In this document: one piece after another, positions 19,769 to 32,841 of the stretch
Position numbering within the stretch: the first letter of the stretch is position 1
Layout: each line of letters begins with the position of its first letter
Source of the DNA: Spirochaetia bacterium
GTDB taxonomy: Bacteria > Spirochaetota > Spirochaetia > SZUA-6 > Bin103
Direction of reading: 5' to 3'
Length of the DNA stretch: 64,000 nucleotides
Assembly: GCA_965203905.1 (NCBI GenBank)
Contig: CBDBDQ010000005.1
Coordinates: forward strand, 4,192,001-4,256,000
The notes under the pieces: model-generated
Told to the model about the DNA's origin: nothing
Databases searched by the model: none
What the model saw: only the letters and a program-made list of their open reading frames with translations
Position numbers and translations under genes: made by a program

Positions 19769-20899
19769 GTGGACCCTGCCCTTGAAGGGATAGACTTGGT
19801 CGATCGCATGACCGAGGTCTCTAAACGTATGCGTGCGCGTCTGGATCGCGTGAGCACCGAGGAGGCAACTAAGAATGCGTTGGTGATGCCGTTCATCAAC
19901 AACGTGCTGGGTTACAACGTTTTCGATCCACATGAGGTTGTTCCGGAATACACTACCGACGTCGGTACCAAGAAGGGCGAGAAGGTAGATTACGCCCTCA
20001 TGCAGGATGACGATCCGATCGTGCTGTTCGAATGCAAGAAGTATCAGACCAACCTGGATGATGAGCCGGCATCGCAACTTTATCGATACTTCAGCGTTTC
20101 GCAAGCACGGTTTGGGGTGCTGACTGATGGTGTCGTCTATCGGTTTTTTGCTGATCTTGATGAAGCCAACAAGATGGACCCGAAGCCGTTCTTTGAGATC
20201 AATATGCTGGATTTCACCGACGCGGAGGTCGAAGGTCTGAGACGGTTCACGAAGCCGTTCTTTAACTTGGATCAGATACTCAGCACTGCCAAGGATCTGA
20301 AGTACACCCGTGAGATCAAGCGCATTCTAACTAACGAGTGGTCCGACCCGTCAGAAGAGTTCGTGCGGTTTATTGCGGGTCAGGTCTACTCGGGACCGAG
20401 GACAAAGGCTATCATCGAGCAATTCTCTCGCATCACCAAGCGTGCTCTTAGTCAGTTCCTTAACGAACGTATAAACGCACGCCTTACGTCGGCGCTACAA
20501 GAAGCACCAGCAGAACCACCAAGTGAAGATGATGTGAAGCCAGATTCTGAAACTCCGGATGAGGATGACGGAATCATCACCACTGAGGATGAATGGCAGG
20601 CATTCTTCATCCTAAAGGCAATCTTGATGTCAGAGGTGTCTCCTGATCGTGTAACCATCAGAGACCGTAAGACCTACTGCGGGATCTTGCTCGACAATAA
20701 TACCCGCAAGCCGATCTGTCGACTCTACTTCAACCGTAAGCAGAAGTACATACGTCTCTTCGACGGAGAGTCTCAAGAACGCGTATCGATCGATTCCTTA
20801 GATGATCTCTTTCGATACGGCGATAGGTTCAAGGCCACATTGAAGTCGTACGAAACCGCCGATTCCGATTCTGAGACAGCTACCAGAGGGGACAACTAA
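19769..20899 (+). CDS. Type I restriction enzyme HsdR N-terminal-domain (restriction-endonuclease-like) protein, prophage-associated type
   Basis: TEEATKNALVMPF, EVVPEY, KKGEKVDYA, FECK, QLYRYF, LTDG, C-terminal LLDNNTRKPICRLYFN. Confidence 0.85.
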   Translation: MDPALEGIDLVDRMTEVSKRMRARLDRVSTEEATKNALVMPFINNVLGYNVFDPHEVVPEYTTDVGTKKGEKVDYALMQDDDPIVLFECKKYQTNLDDEPASQLYRYFSVSQARFGVLTDGVVYRFFADLDEANKMDPKPFFEINMLDFTDAEVEGLRRFTKPFFNLDQILSTAKDLKYTREIKRILTNEWSDPSEEFVRFIAGQVYSGPRTKAIIEQFSRITKRALSQFLNERINARLTSALQEAPAEPPSEDDVKPDSETPDEDDGIITTEDEWQAFFILKAILMSEVSPDRVTIRDRKTYCGILLDNNTRKPICRLYFNRKQKYIRLFDGESQERVSIDSLDDLFRYGDRFKATLKSYETADSDSETATRGDN

Positions 20900-21228
20900 A
20901 TGAGCAAACTAGAACGGGTCGGCAAGGCTTGCGTCCAACATCGGCAAGCATGTAAGAGGCTTGAGGATGCACGCAAGAATATGAAGAATTTGGGCGAGGA
21001 AATGAAGCAACTGCAAGCACACTCCATGACATAGCCGACGTGCCAGATAGCCTAGTGTCAACAGGCAGCAACCTCGAACGAAAAGGGACAAACGGCGGTT
21101 GGACCAACGTAGCATCTTACCCGTCATTTGAGGAATTGAAAGCCGCCGCCGACGCGGTTCGGGACGCCACGAACGCTCTTGCGGATGCCGACAGCAGATT
21201 TGAACATGAGCTAAGTGTCATAGAATAA
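20900..21228 (+). pseudogene. Small coiled-coil hypothetical protein, frameshifted
   Basis: ATG right after the HsdR_N stop (MSKLERVGKAC...); continues in another frame (VPDSLVS...ELSVIE). Confidence 0.4.
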
Positions 21229-21289
21229 CACCTAAGCCGGCAGGAGCCAGCATGTTGGTTGCATGCTGGAGGGCCGGCCGTCCACCAAG

Positions 21290-21480
21290 CAGTGCGATAC
21301 GCCCGAATCTACCAGAGGATGGCGACCTGCAACAACATCGTACTGGCGCTGATCCTGCACCACCGCCGCTGGGACAACGCCGCGCAGGCTCTGCGCTACT
21401 TCAGCCTTCAAGGCGCTGCTGGCGCACGTCTGAGGCGACCTCAGAACACCGCTACGCCAAGTCCCGCCAGCGACCTCTTC
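21290..21480 (+). mobile_element. Possible ISAs1-family transposase C-terminal fragment
   Basis: MATCNNIVLALILHHRRWDNAAQALRYF resembles ISAs1 transposase ends; recognition from memory only. Confidence 0.35.
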
Positions 21481-21751
21481 TGCTTCCGAATCCTACATTG
21501 CGCCAGCACTCTGAAGCAGTAGCGCTCCCGCACGCCTCTTTGATCCACACTCTGCTGCTACCGGCCCCAGTTACTGCTATTGGGGGCGCCACAGCACGTC
21601 CCGAATCCCCGAATCGTCCACTGCATCCGTCAGTTCCATCTCGCCAAGCCTCAGTGCCCTACTCGGCCACCTTCTTGCCGATGTTCGCATCAGTGCGCTC
21701 GTCACTCAGCCAAAGCATGGGATCGCCGTGGGATGATCCGGGGATCGGTGC

Positions 21752-22090
21752 CTACCGCAGGCCGAATTGGGCTTTGGAGACCACCCGACGATTCTGGAGC
21801 ATGACGTTCATGTTGCCGCCGTCACTGTTCTCCCACTGAATCATGACGGTAACGTGGCCGAGCATCTCAGACTCCGCTATGACCTCCCCCGGTGCCCCGA
21901 TGATCGCGGTTACCTGGCTGCGCGTCATACCCATCTTGATCTGGTTGAACTCGGCGAGCGTTGCGACTTGAGGAATGAGCCGCGCCTGTTACTCGGCTTC
22001 CAACTGTCGTTGGAACCGCTCCCAAGCGGCGTCCGCCTCCCTGTTTCCACAGGCTGCCAGCAACAGCCTGGCGGGACCGAGAACAATCCG
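21752..22090 (-). pseudogene. DUF3862/BLIP-like lipoprotein, internal stop and 5' end cut by the IS
   Basis: LLLAAC lipobox, in-frame TAA, then TLAEFNQIKMGMTRSQVTAIIGAPG...KAQFGL. Confidence 0.6.
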
Positions 22091-22096
22091 GTGAAG

Positions 22097-23075
22097 CAAC
22101 TGTCTACTGGGCCGCACGGATACGCCCGGGGGCGTTCACGACCGCGACATCCCCGTACCGGAGTCGTTTCCCCACGATCCCGAGCATCTGGACCTCGGTG
22201 TCCGCGTCACGTTGGTTGTGCCGACCGGCGAACTCGTTCACGTACCGCTGCCGGTGCGCCGGGCTCATCCGGTGGTGGGTGCCGTAGTAGCCCCGCTTCA
22301 ACATCGACCAGAACGACTCGACCCCGTTGATGTGCGCCTGCTCGTTCACGTACTCCCCGACGCTGTACCGGACTGTCCGGCGCTGGAACGGGAGTCTACG
22401 GTAAGCAGTGTTGTCGTCCGTGAAGATCTCCGCTCCCTCATCGGCCGTATCCATCACGAAGTTCTGCAGCACCCACGCGGTAGTGTCCGGCATCACCCTG
22501 GCGGTGATCTGGCCTGAAGCCTGATCGCGGGCGGCCGCGACGGCCGTCCGCCACTCAGTCCGAGTCGCTTGCTGGAGTGCTTGTTCTTTTCGAGCCCGCC
22601 GAAGAACGCCTCGTCGACCTCGACCGGTCCAGTTCGCCCCTGCCCCCAGCAAGCCCGGATCCGCATCGCCATGAACCAAGCGGACTTCTGGGTGATCCCG
22701 AGATCCCGGTGGACGTACATGCTGCTGGTGCCTTTTAGGTTCGTGGCCATCAGGTAGAGCGCGAACACTCACTTCTGGAGACCGATGTTGCTACTCTCCA
22801 TCACGGTCACAACCTTCACGCTGAAGAACGGCCGGCACTTACTGCAGTGGTACGTCATGCTGGCGTGGGTCCGACGGTGAACCGTCTCGGTCTGGTGGCG
22901 GTGGGGGCAGCGGGGACCGCAGGCCAACGACCCTCACTGAACCAGCGTTCCGCAGCTGCATCGTCCGGGAACATCCTGGCGAGCTCAATCAGGGAGATGC
23001 CCTTCGATAGGCTCGGCCGGGTCCCTTCGAGCTCTCGATTGTTGAGGCTCATCGACAGCGACTGTCAGACAGTTG
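22097..23075 (-). mobile_element. IS1595-family (ISXO2-like) element, degraded transposase
   Basis: MFPDDAAAERWF, HRDLGITQKSAWFM, VEVDE, IFTDD, HINGVESFWSMLKRGYYGT, YVNEFAGRHN across several frames; short candidate IR CAACTGTCT/AGACAGTTG. Confidence 0.85.
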
Positions 23076-23103
23076 GAACGCTACGGCGGCTCGCGCGTAA
23101 CCG

Positions 23104-25782
<2,679 letters not shown>

Positions 25783-25868
25783 CGGGTTACCTCGTCTTCG
25801 TCATGGTGGGATTGCGCGTTAGAGACGTGGGAGAGTGGGCGCGGTTTCGCGCCTGTCACGCTGCACGG

Positions 25869-25897
25869 AACCTAAAGAAACCGCTGCTCTCTGTCAA
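25869..25897 (-). promoter_or_regulatory. Sigma70 promoter for ppdK
   Basis: TTGACA-N17-TAGGTT on the minus strand. Confidence 0.55.
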
Positions 25898-25917
25898 ATG
25901 CGGCCGCGTGACCCAAG

Positions 25918-28056
25918 TCAACCGGAGCCGAGGCGGCGCTTGAGGTCGGCGAACAGGGCACTGACCTGCTCGGGCGCCAGTTCCTCCTCGTCCGTGGCGC
26001 CGTCCACCAGGTCCGCGGGGATCTCCTGCAGAAAGCGTGATGGCTCGGTGGCGAACTCCTCGGGGCGGCCGCCGCCGACCCGCCGCCGGCGCGTGCCGGG
26101 GCAGGTGATGAACAGGCGGCGGCGGGCGCGGGTGGCGGCCACGTAGAACAGGCGCCGCTCCTCCTCGAGGTTCGCCTCGCTGTCCGCCAGCGAGCGCGCG
26201 TGCGGGATGGAGCCGTCGTCGGCGCCGGCGATGAACACGGTGTCGAACTCCAGCCCCTTGGCGGCGTGGATGGTCATGAGCTGCACCCGGCCGCGCGCGT
26301 CGCCGCCGCGGTCGGGGGAGTCGTCGTCCCGGCTCACCAGCGCGGTGCGCGCCAGGTAGTCCGCCAGGGTGGGCTCGATCCGGTCGGGGTGCTTCTCGAA
26401 GTCGGCCAGCGAGTCGATCACCGCGTCGACGTTGGCCAGCTTCCAGCGCGCCACGTCGAGACGGGTGCCGTCCAGCAGGTGGTTGCGGTACTGCAGCTCT
26501 TCCACCAGCTCCGCGAGCACCGGCGCCATGGCCCGGCTCCGCTCGGCGCCGCGGATGCGCGCCGCGTAGCGTTCCAGCAGCTCGACCAGCTCCCCGGTCA
26601 AGGTCGCCAATCTTGCCTGCGCACTCGCCACCTTGCCGCTGCCGAGCAGCACCATGGCCGAGAACAACGAGCAGTCGTGCGCCGCCGCGGTTGCGGCGAT
26701 GTGCTCCAAGGCTGCGGCGCCGAGACCGCGGCGCGGCGTGTTGACGATGCGCCGCATGCTGACGTCGTCGTCCGGGTTGGCGAGCACCCGCAGGTAGGCG
26801 ACCAGGTCGCGCACCTCGCGGCGGCTGAAGAAGCTCATGCCCCCGGACACCTGGTAGGCGATGTTTTCGCGCAGCAGCACCTCCTCCAGGGCGCGGGTGA
26901 GGCTGTTGGCGCGCACCAGCACCGCGCAGTCGGCGTAGCGCAGCCCGCTGCCCAGCGCCAGGCTGCGTATCTGCCGCACGATCCACTCCGCCTCCTCGGT
27001 GTCGCTTTCGGGGTACTCCGCCACCACCCGCGCGCCGGCGCCGCCCCTGCTCCACAGCCGTTTCGGCCGGCGCGCGCTGTTGTGGCTGATGATGGCGTTG
27101 GCGAACGCCAGTATCGATCCCGTCGAGCGGTAGTTCTGCTCCAGCTTGACCTCCAGCCGTTCCGGGAAGTCGCGGCTGAAGTGGTCGAAATTCGCGGCCT
27201 CCGCACCGCGCCAGGAGTAGATCGACTGGTCGTCGTCGCCCACCACGCAGACATTGCGCGCTGCCGCGGTGAAGGCATGCAGGAGCTGGTACTGGCGCCG
27301 CGAAGTATCCTGGAACTCGTCCACCATCACGTGGCTGTAGCGCGCGCGAATGGCGTCGCCGGCGGTTCCGCTCAGCAACTCCAGCGGCAGCAGGATCAGG
27401 TCGTCGAAATCCACCGCCTGGTGCAGGCGCAGCCGGCGGCGGTAGGCGGCGACCAGTCCGCGCAGTTGCTCGCTCGCGGCTTCCAGATCAGGGATGTTGG
27501 CGCCGGCGCCCATGCGCAGACCCGACACCAGCCGCTGCAGCAGCGCGGGGTCGGCGTCCGCGAGATCGGCATCGAGGCGCAGGTCGCCGGCCACCTCGCG
27601 CAGGAGCTGCGCGCTGTCCTGCTGATCGTACACGGTTACCGGCGTCGCGGCGCTGCCGGCGCGGAACCCCAGCTCGGCGCTGTAGCGGCGCACCAACTGC
27701 AGGCCGAAGGCGTGGAAGGTGCACACCGTCGGGACCGCCCGCCGCGCCCGCCGCGAGATGCCGGCCCGTTCGCGCATCTCGGCCGCGGCCTTGTTGGTGA
27801 AGGTCAGGGCGACGATCGCGCGCGGGTCGATTCCGCGCTGCAACAGGCGCGCGAGGCGCGCCGTGATGACGCGGGTCTTGCCCGATCCGGCTCCGGCCAG
27901 CACCATCACCGGCCCGTCAACGGTGTTTACCGCCCGATCCTGTTCCGGATTGAGAGGCACACCGCGGCCGGACAGCGGCGCACCATGGCGGTGCGCGCCG
28001 GCGCGGGTTGCTGCCCGTTCCTGCTCCGGATTGAGGGTCACACCGTGGCCGGACAC
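25918..28056 (-). CDS. UvrD/Rep/PcrA-family DNA helicase
   Basis: LNPEQ, AGAGSGKT, TFTNKAA, DEFQD, GDDDQSIY, NYRS, TIHAAKGLEF, EERRLFYVA. Confidence 0.95.
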   Translation of the reverse strand: MSGHGVTLNPEQERAATRAGAHRHGAPLSGRGVPLNPEQDRAVNTVDGPVMVLAGAGSGKTRVITARLARLLQRGIDPRAIVALTFTNKAAAEMRERAGISRRARRAVPTVCTFHAFGLQLVRRYSAELGFRAGSAATPVTVYDQQDSAQLLREVAGDLRLDADLADADPALLQRLVSGLRMGAGANIPDLEAASEQLRGLVAAYRRRLRLHQAVDFDDLILLPLELLSGTAGDAIRARYSHVMVDEFQDTSRRQYQLLHAFTAAARNVCVVGDDDQSIYSWRGAEAANFDHFSRDFPERLEVKLEQNYRSTGSILAFANAIISHNSARRPKRLWSRGGAGARVVAEYPESDTEEAEWIVRQIRSLALGSGLRYADCAVLVRANSLTRALEEVLLRENIAYQVSGGMSFFSRREVRDLVAYLRVLANPDDDVSMRRIVNTPRRGLGAAALEHIAATAAAHDCSLFSAMVLLGSGKVASAQARLATLTGELVELLERYAARIRGAERSRAMAPVLAELVEELQYRNHLLDGTRLDVARWKLANVDAVIDSLADFEKHPDRIEPTLADYLARTALVSRDDDSPDRGGDARGRVQLMTIHAAKGLEFDTVFIAGADDGSIPHARSLADSEANLEEERRLFYVAATRARRRLFITCPGTRRRRVGGGRPEEFATEPSRFLQEIPADLVDGATDEEELAPEQVSALFADLKRRLGSG

Positions 28057-28085
28057 CGGCGCACCTTAGCGGCGCCGGCCGGCGC
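27932..28085. repeat. Imperfect 81-bp tandem duplication of the helicase start region
   Basis: Two copies encoding SGHGVTLNPEQERA and SGRGVPLNPEQDRA. Confidence 0.8.
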
Positions 28086-28123
28086 TGGTCAAACCTTCCC
28101 GCACGCGCAACAATGGCGCCGCG

Positions 28124-28891
28124 ATGCATACGGTCGAGTTGCGCGGCGTGAGCTACGCCTACCCCGAAGGCACGGAGCTCGTGTTCCACGATCTATCCCT
28201 GCGCCTGCCGGCGGGAGTAGTGGCCCTGGTGGGCCAGAACGGCACCGGGAAGTCGACCCTGATGCTGCTGGCCAGCGGCATTGCGGTGCCCAGCGACGGC
28301 ACGGTGCTGCTGCGCGGCATCGACACCCAGCGGCTGCGCGATCCGCACACGCGCCAGCGCCACGTGTCCTTGATCCACCAGAACATGGAGTTCGAGACCG
28401 AGCAGTCGATCGGCGATCTGATCGCCTACGTGTACCGCACGGGGTATCACGAGCAGCACAGCGAGGAGTTCGTGCGCGAGCTGGTGGACGTGTTCGAGTT
28501 GCGCGAGGTGCTCCACAAGCGCACCCAGGAAGTGAGCAAGGGCGAGCTGCAGCGCACCCTGTTGGCGTTCTGCCTGCTCTACGGGTCGCGCGTGCTGATG
28601 ATGGACGAGCCGGTGTTCGCACTCGAGGAGCGCCAGAAGCGCATCGTGATGGGCTACCTGTACGAGTATGCCCATCGCGAGCAACTGAGCTGGTACTACT
28701 CGGTGCACGAGCTGGAGCTGTCGCAGGAGTTCTCGGACTACGTGGGGCTGTTCCGTCCCGATCAGCCGCCGCTGATCGGGCCCACCGCCGAGATCCACAC
28801 GCGCGACCGGCTGGAACGCGCCTACGACGTGCCCTACGACTTCCTCAAGCGCCGCGAGGCTCTCTACCGGCAGGCCCTCCGCGGCCTGTAA
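28124..28891 (+). CDS. ABC-type ATP-binding protein
   Basis: GQNGTGKS, atypical signature VSKGE, MMDEP, H-loop SVH. Confidence 0.85.
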   Translation: MHTVELRGVSYAYPEGTELVFHDLSLRLPAGVVALVGQNGTGKSTLMLLASGIAVPSDGTVLLRGIDTQRLRDPHTRQRHVSLIHQNMEFETEQSIGDLIAYVYRTGYHEQHSEEFVRELVDVFELREVLHKRTQEVSKGELQRTLLAFCLLYGSRVLMMDEPVFALEERQKRIVMGYLYEYAHREQLSWYYSVHELELSQEFSDYVGLFRPDQPPLIGPTAEIHTRDRLERAYDVPYDFLKRREALYRQALRGL

Positions 28892-28910
28892 CGCCAGACA
28901 ATTACCGGCA

Positions 28911-28950
28911 TTCATACAAATCTGGCGTAGCGCTCACAATACCCTAACAA
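28911..28950 (+). promoter_or_regulatory. Candidate Pho box
   Basis: TTCATA (28911), CTCACA (28933), CTAACA (28944) in 11-bp phase just before pstC. Confidence 0.45.
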
Positions 28951-28953
28951 TCG

Positions 28954-29952
28954 ATGCCGAAACTTGGCGCGGAGGTGCCGTTGTCCACGACGGAGAGGGC
29001 CGAATCGACCAGTGCCCCGCGCGTGAGCGGCGCTACGTCCAGCAGGCGCGCTCACGCGCTCTCTCGCAGGCCCCGGCCCGGTGAGGCCATCATTCAGGTC
29101 TTACTGTTCTTCTGCGGCGCCCTGTCGATCTTCGTCACCGTGGGCATCGTCATCGTGCTCGGCCGCGAGTCGATCGTGTTCTTCCGCAATGATGCGGTGA
29201 ACCTGTGGATGTTCCTCACCACCACGGAGTGGCAGCCCGCGATAGGCAGGTTCGGGATCATCCCCCTGGTCAACGCTACCCTGATGACCAGCCTCACGGC
29301 GATGCTGGTGGCGGTGCCGATCGGCATGAGCGTGGCGATCTACCTCAGCGAGTACGCCCACCCGCGGATGCGCGCCTTCCTCAAGCCGATCCTGGAGGTC
29401 CTTGCCGGCATCCCCACCGTCGTGTATGGCTACTTCGCCCTCACCTTCATGACTCCGTTGCTGCGCGGCGTGTTCGGCGTGGAGGTGGTGCAGATCTACA
29501 ACACCGCGTCCGCCGGCATCGTGATCGGCATCCTGATCCTGCCGCTGATCTCCTCCATGGCCGAGGACGCGCTGTCGGCGGTGCCGCGGTCCCTGCGCGA
29601 GGCGGCGCTGGGGCTGGGAGCGACCCGTCTGGAGACGGCGGTCAAGATCGTGGTGCCGGCGGCGTTCTCCGGCATCGCCGCCGCCTTCATCATCGGGCTG
29701 TCGCGGGCCGTCGGCGAGACCATGATCGTGGCCCTGGCTGCCGGCGCCGGATCGGCCTTCACTTTCAACCCGTTCCACGCCGCCGAGACCATGACCGGCC
29801 ACATCGTGCGCATCAGCGGCGGCGACCTGAGCTATCAGTCGATCGACTACAACAGCATCTACTCGATCGGCCTGGTGCTGTTCTTCATCACCCTGGGACT
29901 GAACATGCTCAGCCGCCGTATCGTGCGGCGCTTCCGCGAGGTATACGAGTGA
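28954..29952 (+). CDS. pstC: Phosphate ABC transporter permease
   Basis: AIYLSEYA, EVLAGIPTVVYG, SRAVGETMIV. Confidence 0.95.
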   Translation: MPKLGAEVPLSTTERAESTSAPRVSGATSSRRAHALSRRPRPGEAIIQVLLFFCGALSIFVTVGIVIVLGRESIVFFRNDAVNLWMFLTTTEWQPAIGRFGIIPLVNATLMTSLTAMLVAVPIGMSVAIYLSEYAHPRMRAFLKPILEVLAGIPTVVYGYFALTFMTPLLRGVFGVEVVQIYNTASAGIVIGILILPLISSMAEDALSAVPRSLREAALGLGATRLETAVKIVVPAAFSGIAAAFIIGLSRAVGETMIVALAAGAGSAFTFNPFHAAETMTGHIVRISGGDLSYQSIDYNSIYSIGLVLFFITLGLNMLSRRIVRRFREVYE

Positions 29953-31181
29953 GCGACACCACGGCCAACCTGGCGGCGCGCCACCGGATGGGGCTGGTCT
30001 GGCGGCTGGTGTTTCACGTGGCCACCGCGGTGGCGATCGTGATGCTCACGGCACTGCTGCTTACGGTCGCCAACCGCGCCTTCGGCCTGGTGGCGATCCA
30101 GAACGCGATCGAGCCGCAGGAACTTGCCCGCGACGGCGTTGCCCTGGAGCGCATGGACAAGGAGACGCTGCGGGCCGTGCTGGGCGAGCATGTTTCGCGC
30201 GGCCTGATGCGGCGCTTCGAGCGCGAACGACCGTTCGCCGAACGCAGCCGCGACGAGGTCTACGCGCTGGTGATCGAGCGGGTGGTGGATCCGTCGGTGG
30301 TGCAGGCGTGGCCGCTGTGGGACTCGCTGTTCCGGCGCCAGGCGGTGGTCGAGGAGGCGACGGCCAGGTATCCCCAGGCGCACGTGGCGTTCCGTTCCTG
30401 GCTCACGGGTACGTTCATCAGCCGGGCCCAGTCCAGCCGGCCTGACGACGCCGGCGTACGGGCGGCCATCAAGGGTTCGCTGTGGACCATCCTCGTCACC
30501 GTGCTGTTCGCCTTTCCGGTGGGTGTCGGCGCCGCGATCTACCTGGAGGAGTACGCGCAGGATACGCGGCTGAACCGGGCCATACAGACCAACATCAACA
30601 ACCTGGCGGGGGTACCGTCCATCATCTACGGGATGCTCGGGCTGACGGTGTTCGTGCGCGCCATGGAGCAGGTCACCAGCGGTGCCGTGTTCGGGCTGGC
30701 CAGCGACGCCAGCGCCAGCGGCCGCACCATCCTCTCCGCGGGGCTTACCCTCGGCCTGCTGATCCTCCCGGTGATCATCATCAACGCCCAGGAGGCGATC
30801 AAGGCGGTGCCCGACAGTCTGCGCCAGTCGAGCTACGGGCTCGGCGCGAGCAAGTGGCAGACCATTCGCTATCATGTGCTGCCCGGCTGCTTCGACCGCA
30901 TCATGACCGGCACCATCCTGGCCGTTTCCCGCGCCATCGGCGAGACCGCTCCCATGGTGGTGGTCGGCGCCTCCACGCTGGTGACGCTGGATCCCACCGG
31001 CCCGTTCTCCAAGTTCACCACGCTGCCGATCCAGATCTACCAGTGGACGGCACGGCCGCAGGCGGAGTTTCGCAACGCGGCGGCGGCGGCCATCCTGGTG
31101 CTGCTGGTACTGTTGTTGACGCTGAACGCCACGGCGATCCTGTTGCGCAACCACTACGCCAGGAAGCGGCGGGTCGCCTGA
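29949..31181 (+). CDS. pstA: Phosphate ABC transporter permease
   Basis: [29 protein letters not shown]; GTG overlaps the pstC stop. Confidence 0.93.
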   Translation: MSDTTANLAARHRMGLVWRLVFHVATAVAIVMLTALLLTVANRAFGLVAIQNAIEPQELARDGVALERMDKETLRAVLGEHVSRGLMRRFERERPFAERSRDEVYALVIERVVDPSVVQAWPLWDSLFRRQAVVEEATARYPQAHVAFRSWLTGTFISRAQSSRPDDAGVRAAIKGSLWTILVTVLFAFPVGVGAAIYLEEYAQDTRLNRAIQTNINNLAGVPSIIYGMLGLTVFVRAMEQVTSGAVFGLASDASASGRTILSAGLTLGLLILPVIIINAQEAIKAVPDSLRQSSYGLGASKWQTIRYHVLPGCFDRIMTGTILAVSRAIGETAPMVVVGASTLVTLDPTGPFSKFTTLPIQIYQWTARPQAEFRNAAAAAILVLLVLLLTLNATAILLRNHYARKRRVA

Positions 31182-31215
31182 TGGATCGCGTTTCCGTCGC
31201 GCCGGGAAGGAGCCG

Positions 31216-32031
31216 ATGTCTACCCAGGTAACCTCGCATCCCGCGGACCTGCCGGTCCCGTCCGCCGAGTCCAGCGCCCTGTCGGTGGATGCCCTGCACG
31301 TCTCTTACGGCAGCTTTCTGGCGGTGCGAGACATCGGCATGAGCTTCGGCACGCGCCGCATCACCGCGCTGATCGGCCCCTCCGGCTGCGGCAAGACCAC
31401 AATGCTGCGCTCCCTGAATCGGATGAACGAACTGGTGCCCACGGCGCGCACGCAGGGCTCGGTGCTGTTTCACGGACGCAACATCTATGACGCGGACGTG
31501 GATCCGGTCGAGGTGCGGCGGCGCATCGGCATGGTGTTCCAGAAGCCCAACCCGTTTCCCAAGTCGATCTACGAGAACATCGCCTGGGGCGCACGCATCA
31601 ACGGTCTGAACGGCAACATGGACGAGCTGGTGGAGAAATCGCTGACCCAGGCCGCGCTGTGGGACGACGTGAAGGACAAGCTGCAGGACAGCGGCCTGAG
31701 TCTTTCCGGCGGCCAGCAGCAACGCTTGTGCATCGCGCGTGCCATCGCGGTGGAGCCCGAAATCATTCTCATGGACGAACCCTGCTCGGCGCTGGATCCC
31801 ATTGCCACGCTACGCATCGAGGACCTGATGAAGGAACTGGCGGCACGGTTTACCATCATCATCGTCACCCACAACATGCAGCAGGCGGCGCGGGTGTCCG
31901 ACTACACCGCCTTCTTCATGATGGACGAAGAGCGGGCCGGCTACCTCGTAGAGTACGGGCCCACCGGCCGCATCTTCACCAATCCCGACGAGCAGAGCAC
32001 GGAGGACTACATCTCCGGCCGCTTCGGATAG
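31216..32031 (+). CDS. pstB: Phosphate ABC transporter ATPase
   Basis: [43 protein letters not shown]. Confidence 0.97.
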   Translation: MSTQVTSHPADLPVPSAESSALSVDALHVSYGSFLAVRDIGMSFGTRRITALIGPSGCGKTTMLRSLNRMNELVPTARTQGSVLFHGRNIYDADVDPVEVRRRIGMVFQKPNPFPKSIYENIAWGARINGLNGNMDELVEKSLTQAALWDDVKDKLQDSGLSLSGGQQQRLCIARAIAVEPEIILMDEPCSALDPIATLRIEDLMKELAARFTIIIVTHNMQQAARVSDYTAFFMMDEERAGYLVEYGPTGRIFTNPDEQSTEDYISGRFG

Positions 32032-32042
32032 GGAGGAACCAG

Positions 32043-32708
32043 ATGACACCGCCACTGCGCGCCCAATACGTCCATGCCTTCGACGAGCTGCGGGAAGCGC
32101 TCACGACCATGGGAACGCAGGTGGAGCGGGGAATACGCGGCTCGGTGCGCGCGCTGGCGGAGCACGACGTGAGCCGCGCGGAACTGGTATTGCGCGACGA
32201 GGACACCGTCAACCGCATGCACCACGACATCGACGACTCCTGCCTGCGGCTGCTGGCCACCGAGCAGCCGGTAGCCACCGACCTGCGCCAGATCGTCGGC
32301 ACGCTCAACGTGATCGCGCAACTGGAACGGATCGGCGACCTGGCGGTGCACGTGGCGCGGGTGGCGCAGCGGCTGGCCTCCGAGCAGCTGATCAAGGAAC
32401 TGATCGCCATCCCGTTGATGGCCGACGAGACCTGCGCCATGCTGCGCGACTCGGTGCGCAGCTTCGTGACCCTGGACAGCGCCCTGGCGGAGCAGGTGAG
32501 CGCCCGCGACAACAAGGTGGACGAGATCTACTCGCAGTTGTTTCGCGAGCTGCTCACCTACATGATGGAGACGCCGCGGAACATCACCCAGGCGTCGTCA
32601 CTGCTGTTCGTGGCCAAGCAACTGGAGCGGGCGGGCGACCACACCACCAACATCTGCGAGGCGGCGATCTTCGTGATCACCGGCAAGCACGTCGACCTGA
32701 ACCGCTGA
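32043..32708 (+). CDS. phoU: Phosphate signalling protein PhoU
   Basis: QPVATDLR, LERIGD, LERAGDHTTNICE. Confidence 0.95.
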   Translation: MTPPLRAQYVHAFDELREALTTMGTQVERGIRGSVRALAEHDVSRAELVLRDEDTVNRMHHDIDDSCLRLLATEQPVATDLRQIVGTLNVIAQLERIGDLAVHVARVAQRLASEQLIKELIAIPLMADETCAMLRDSVRSFVTLDSALAEQVSARDNKVDEIYSQLFRELLTYMMETPRNITQASSLLFVAKQLERAGDHTTNICEAAIFVITGKHVDLNR

Positions 32709-32731
32709 CCGTCTGACCCCCTGACCGCATC

Positions 32732-32755
32732 AGCGGCCCCGCGCACGGGGCCGCT
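32732..32755. terminator. GC-rich hairpin between convergent phoU and amtB
   Basis: AGCGGCCCCG-CGCA-CGGGGCCGCT perfect stem; no U tract. Confidence 0.5.
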
Positions 32756-32841
32756 CGGTCACTCTACTCCAAAACCATGTCCGGCAGACGAACCAAGTGC
32801 ACCGGGTTTCGTGGCCTCGGCGCCACGGGGGACCTTGCGTG

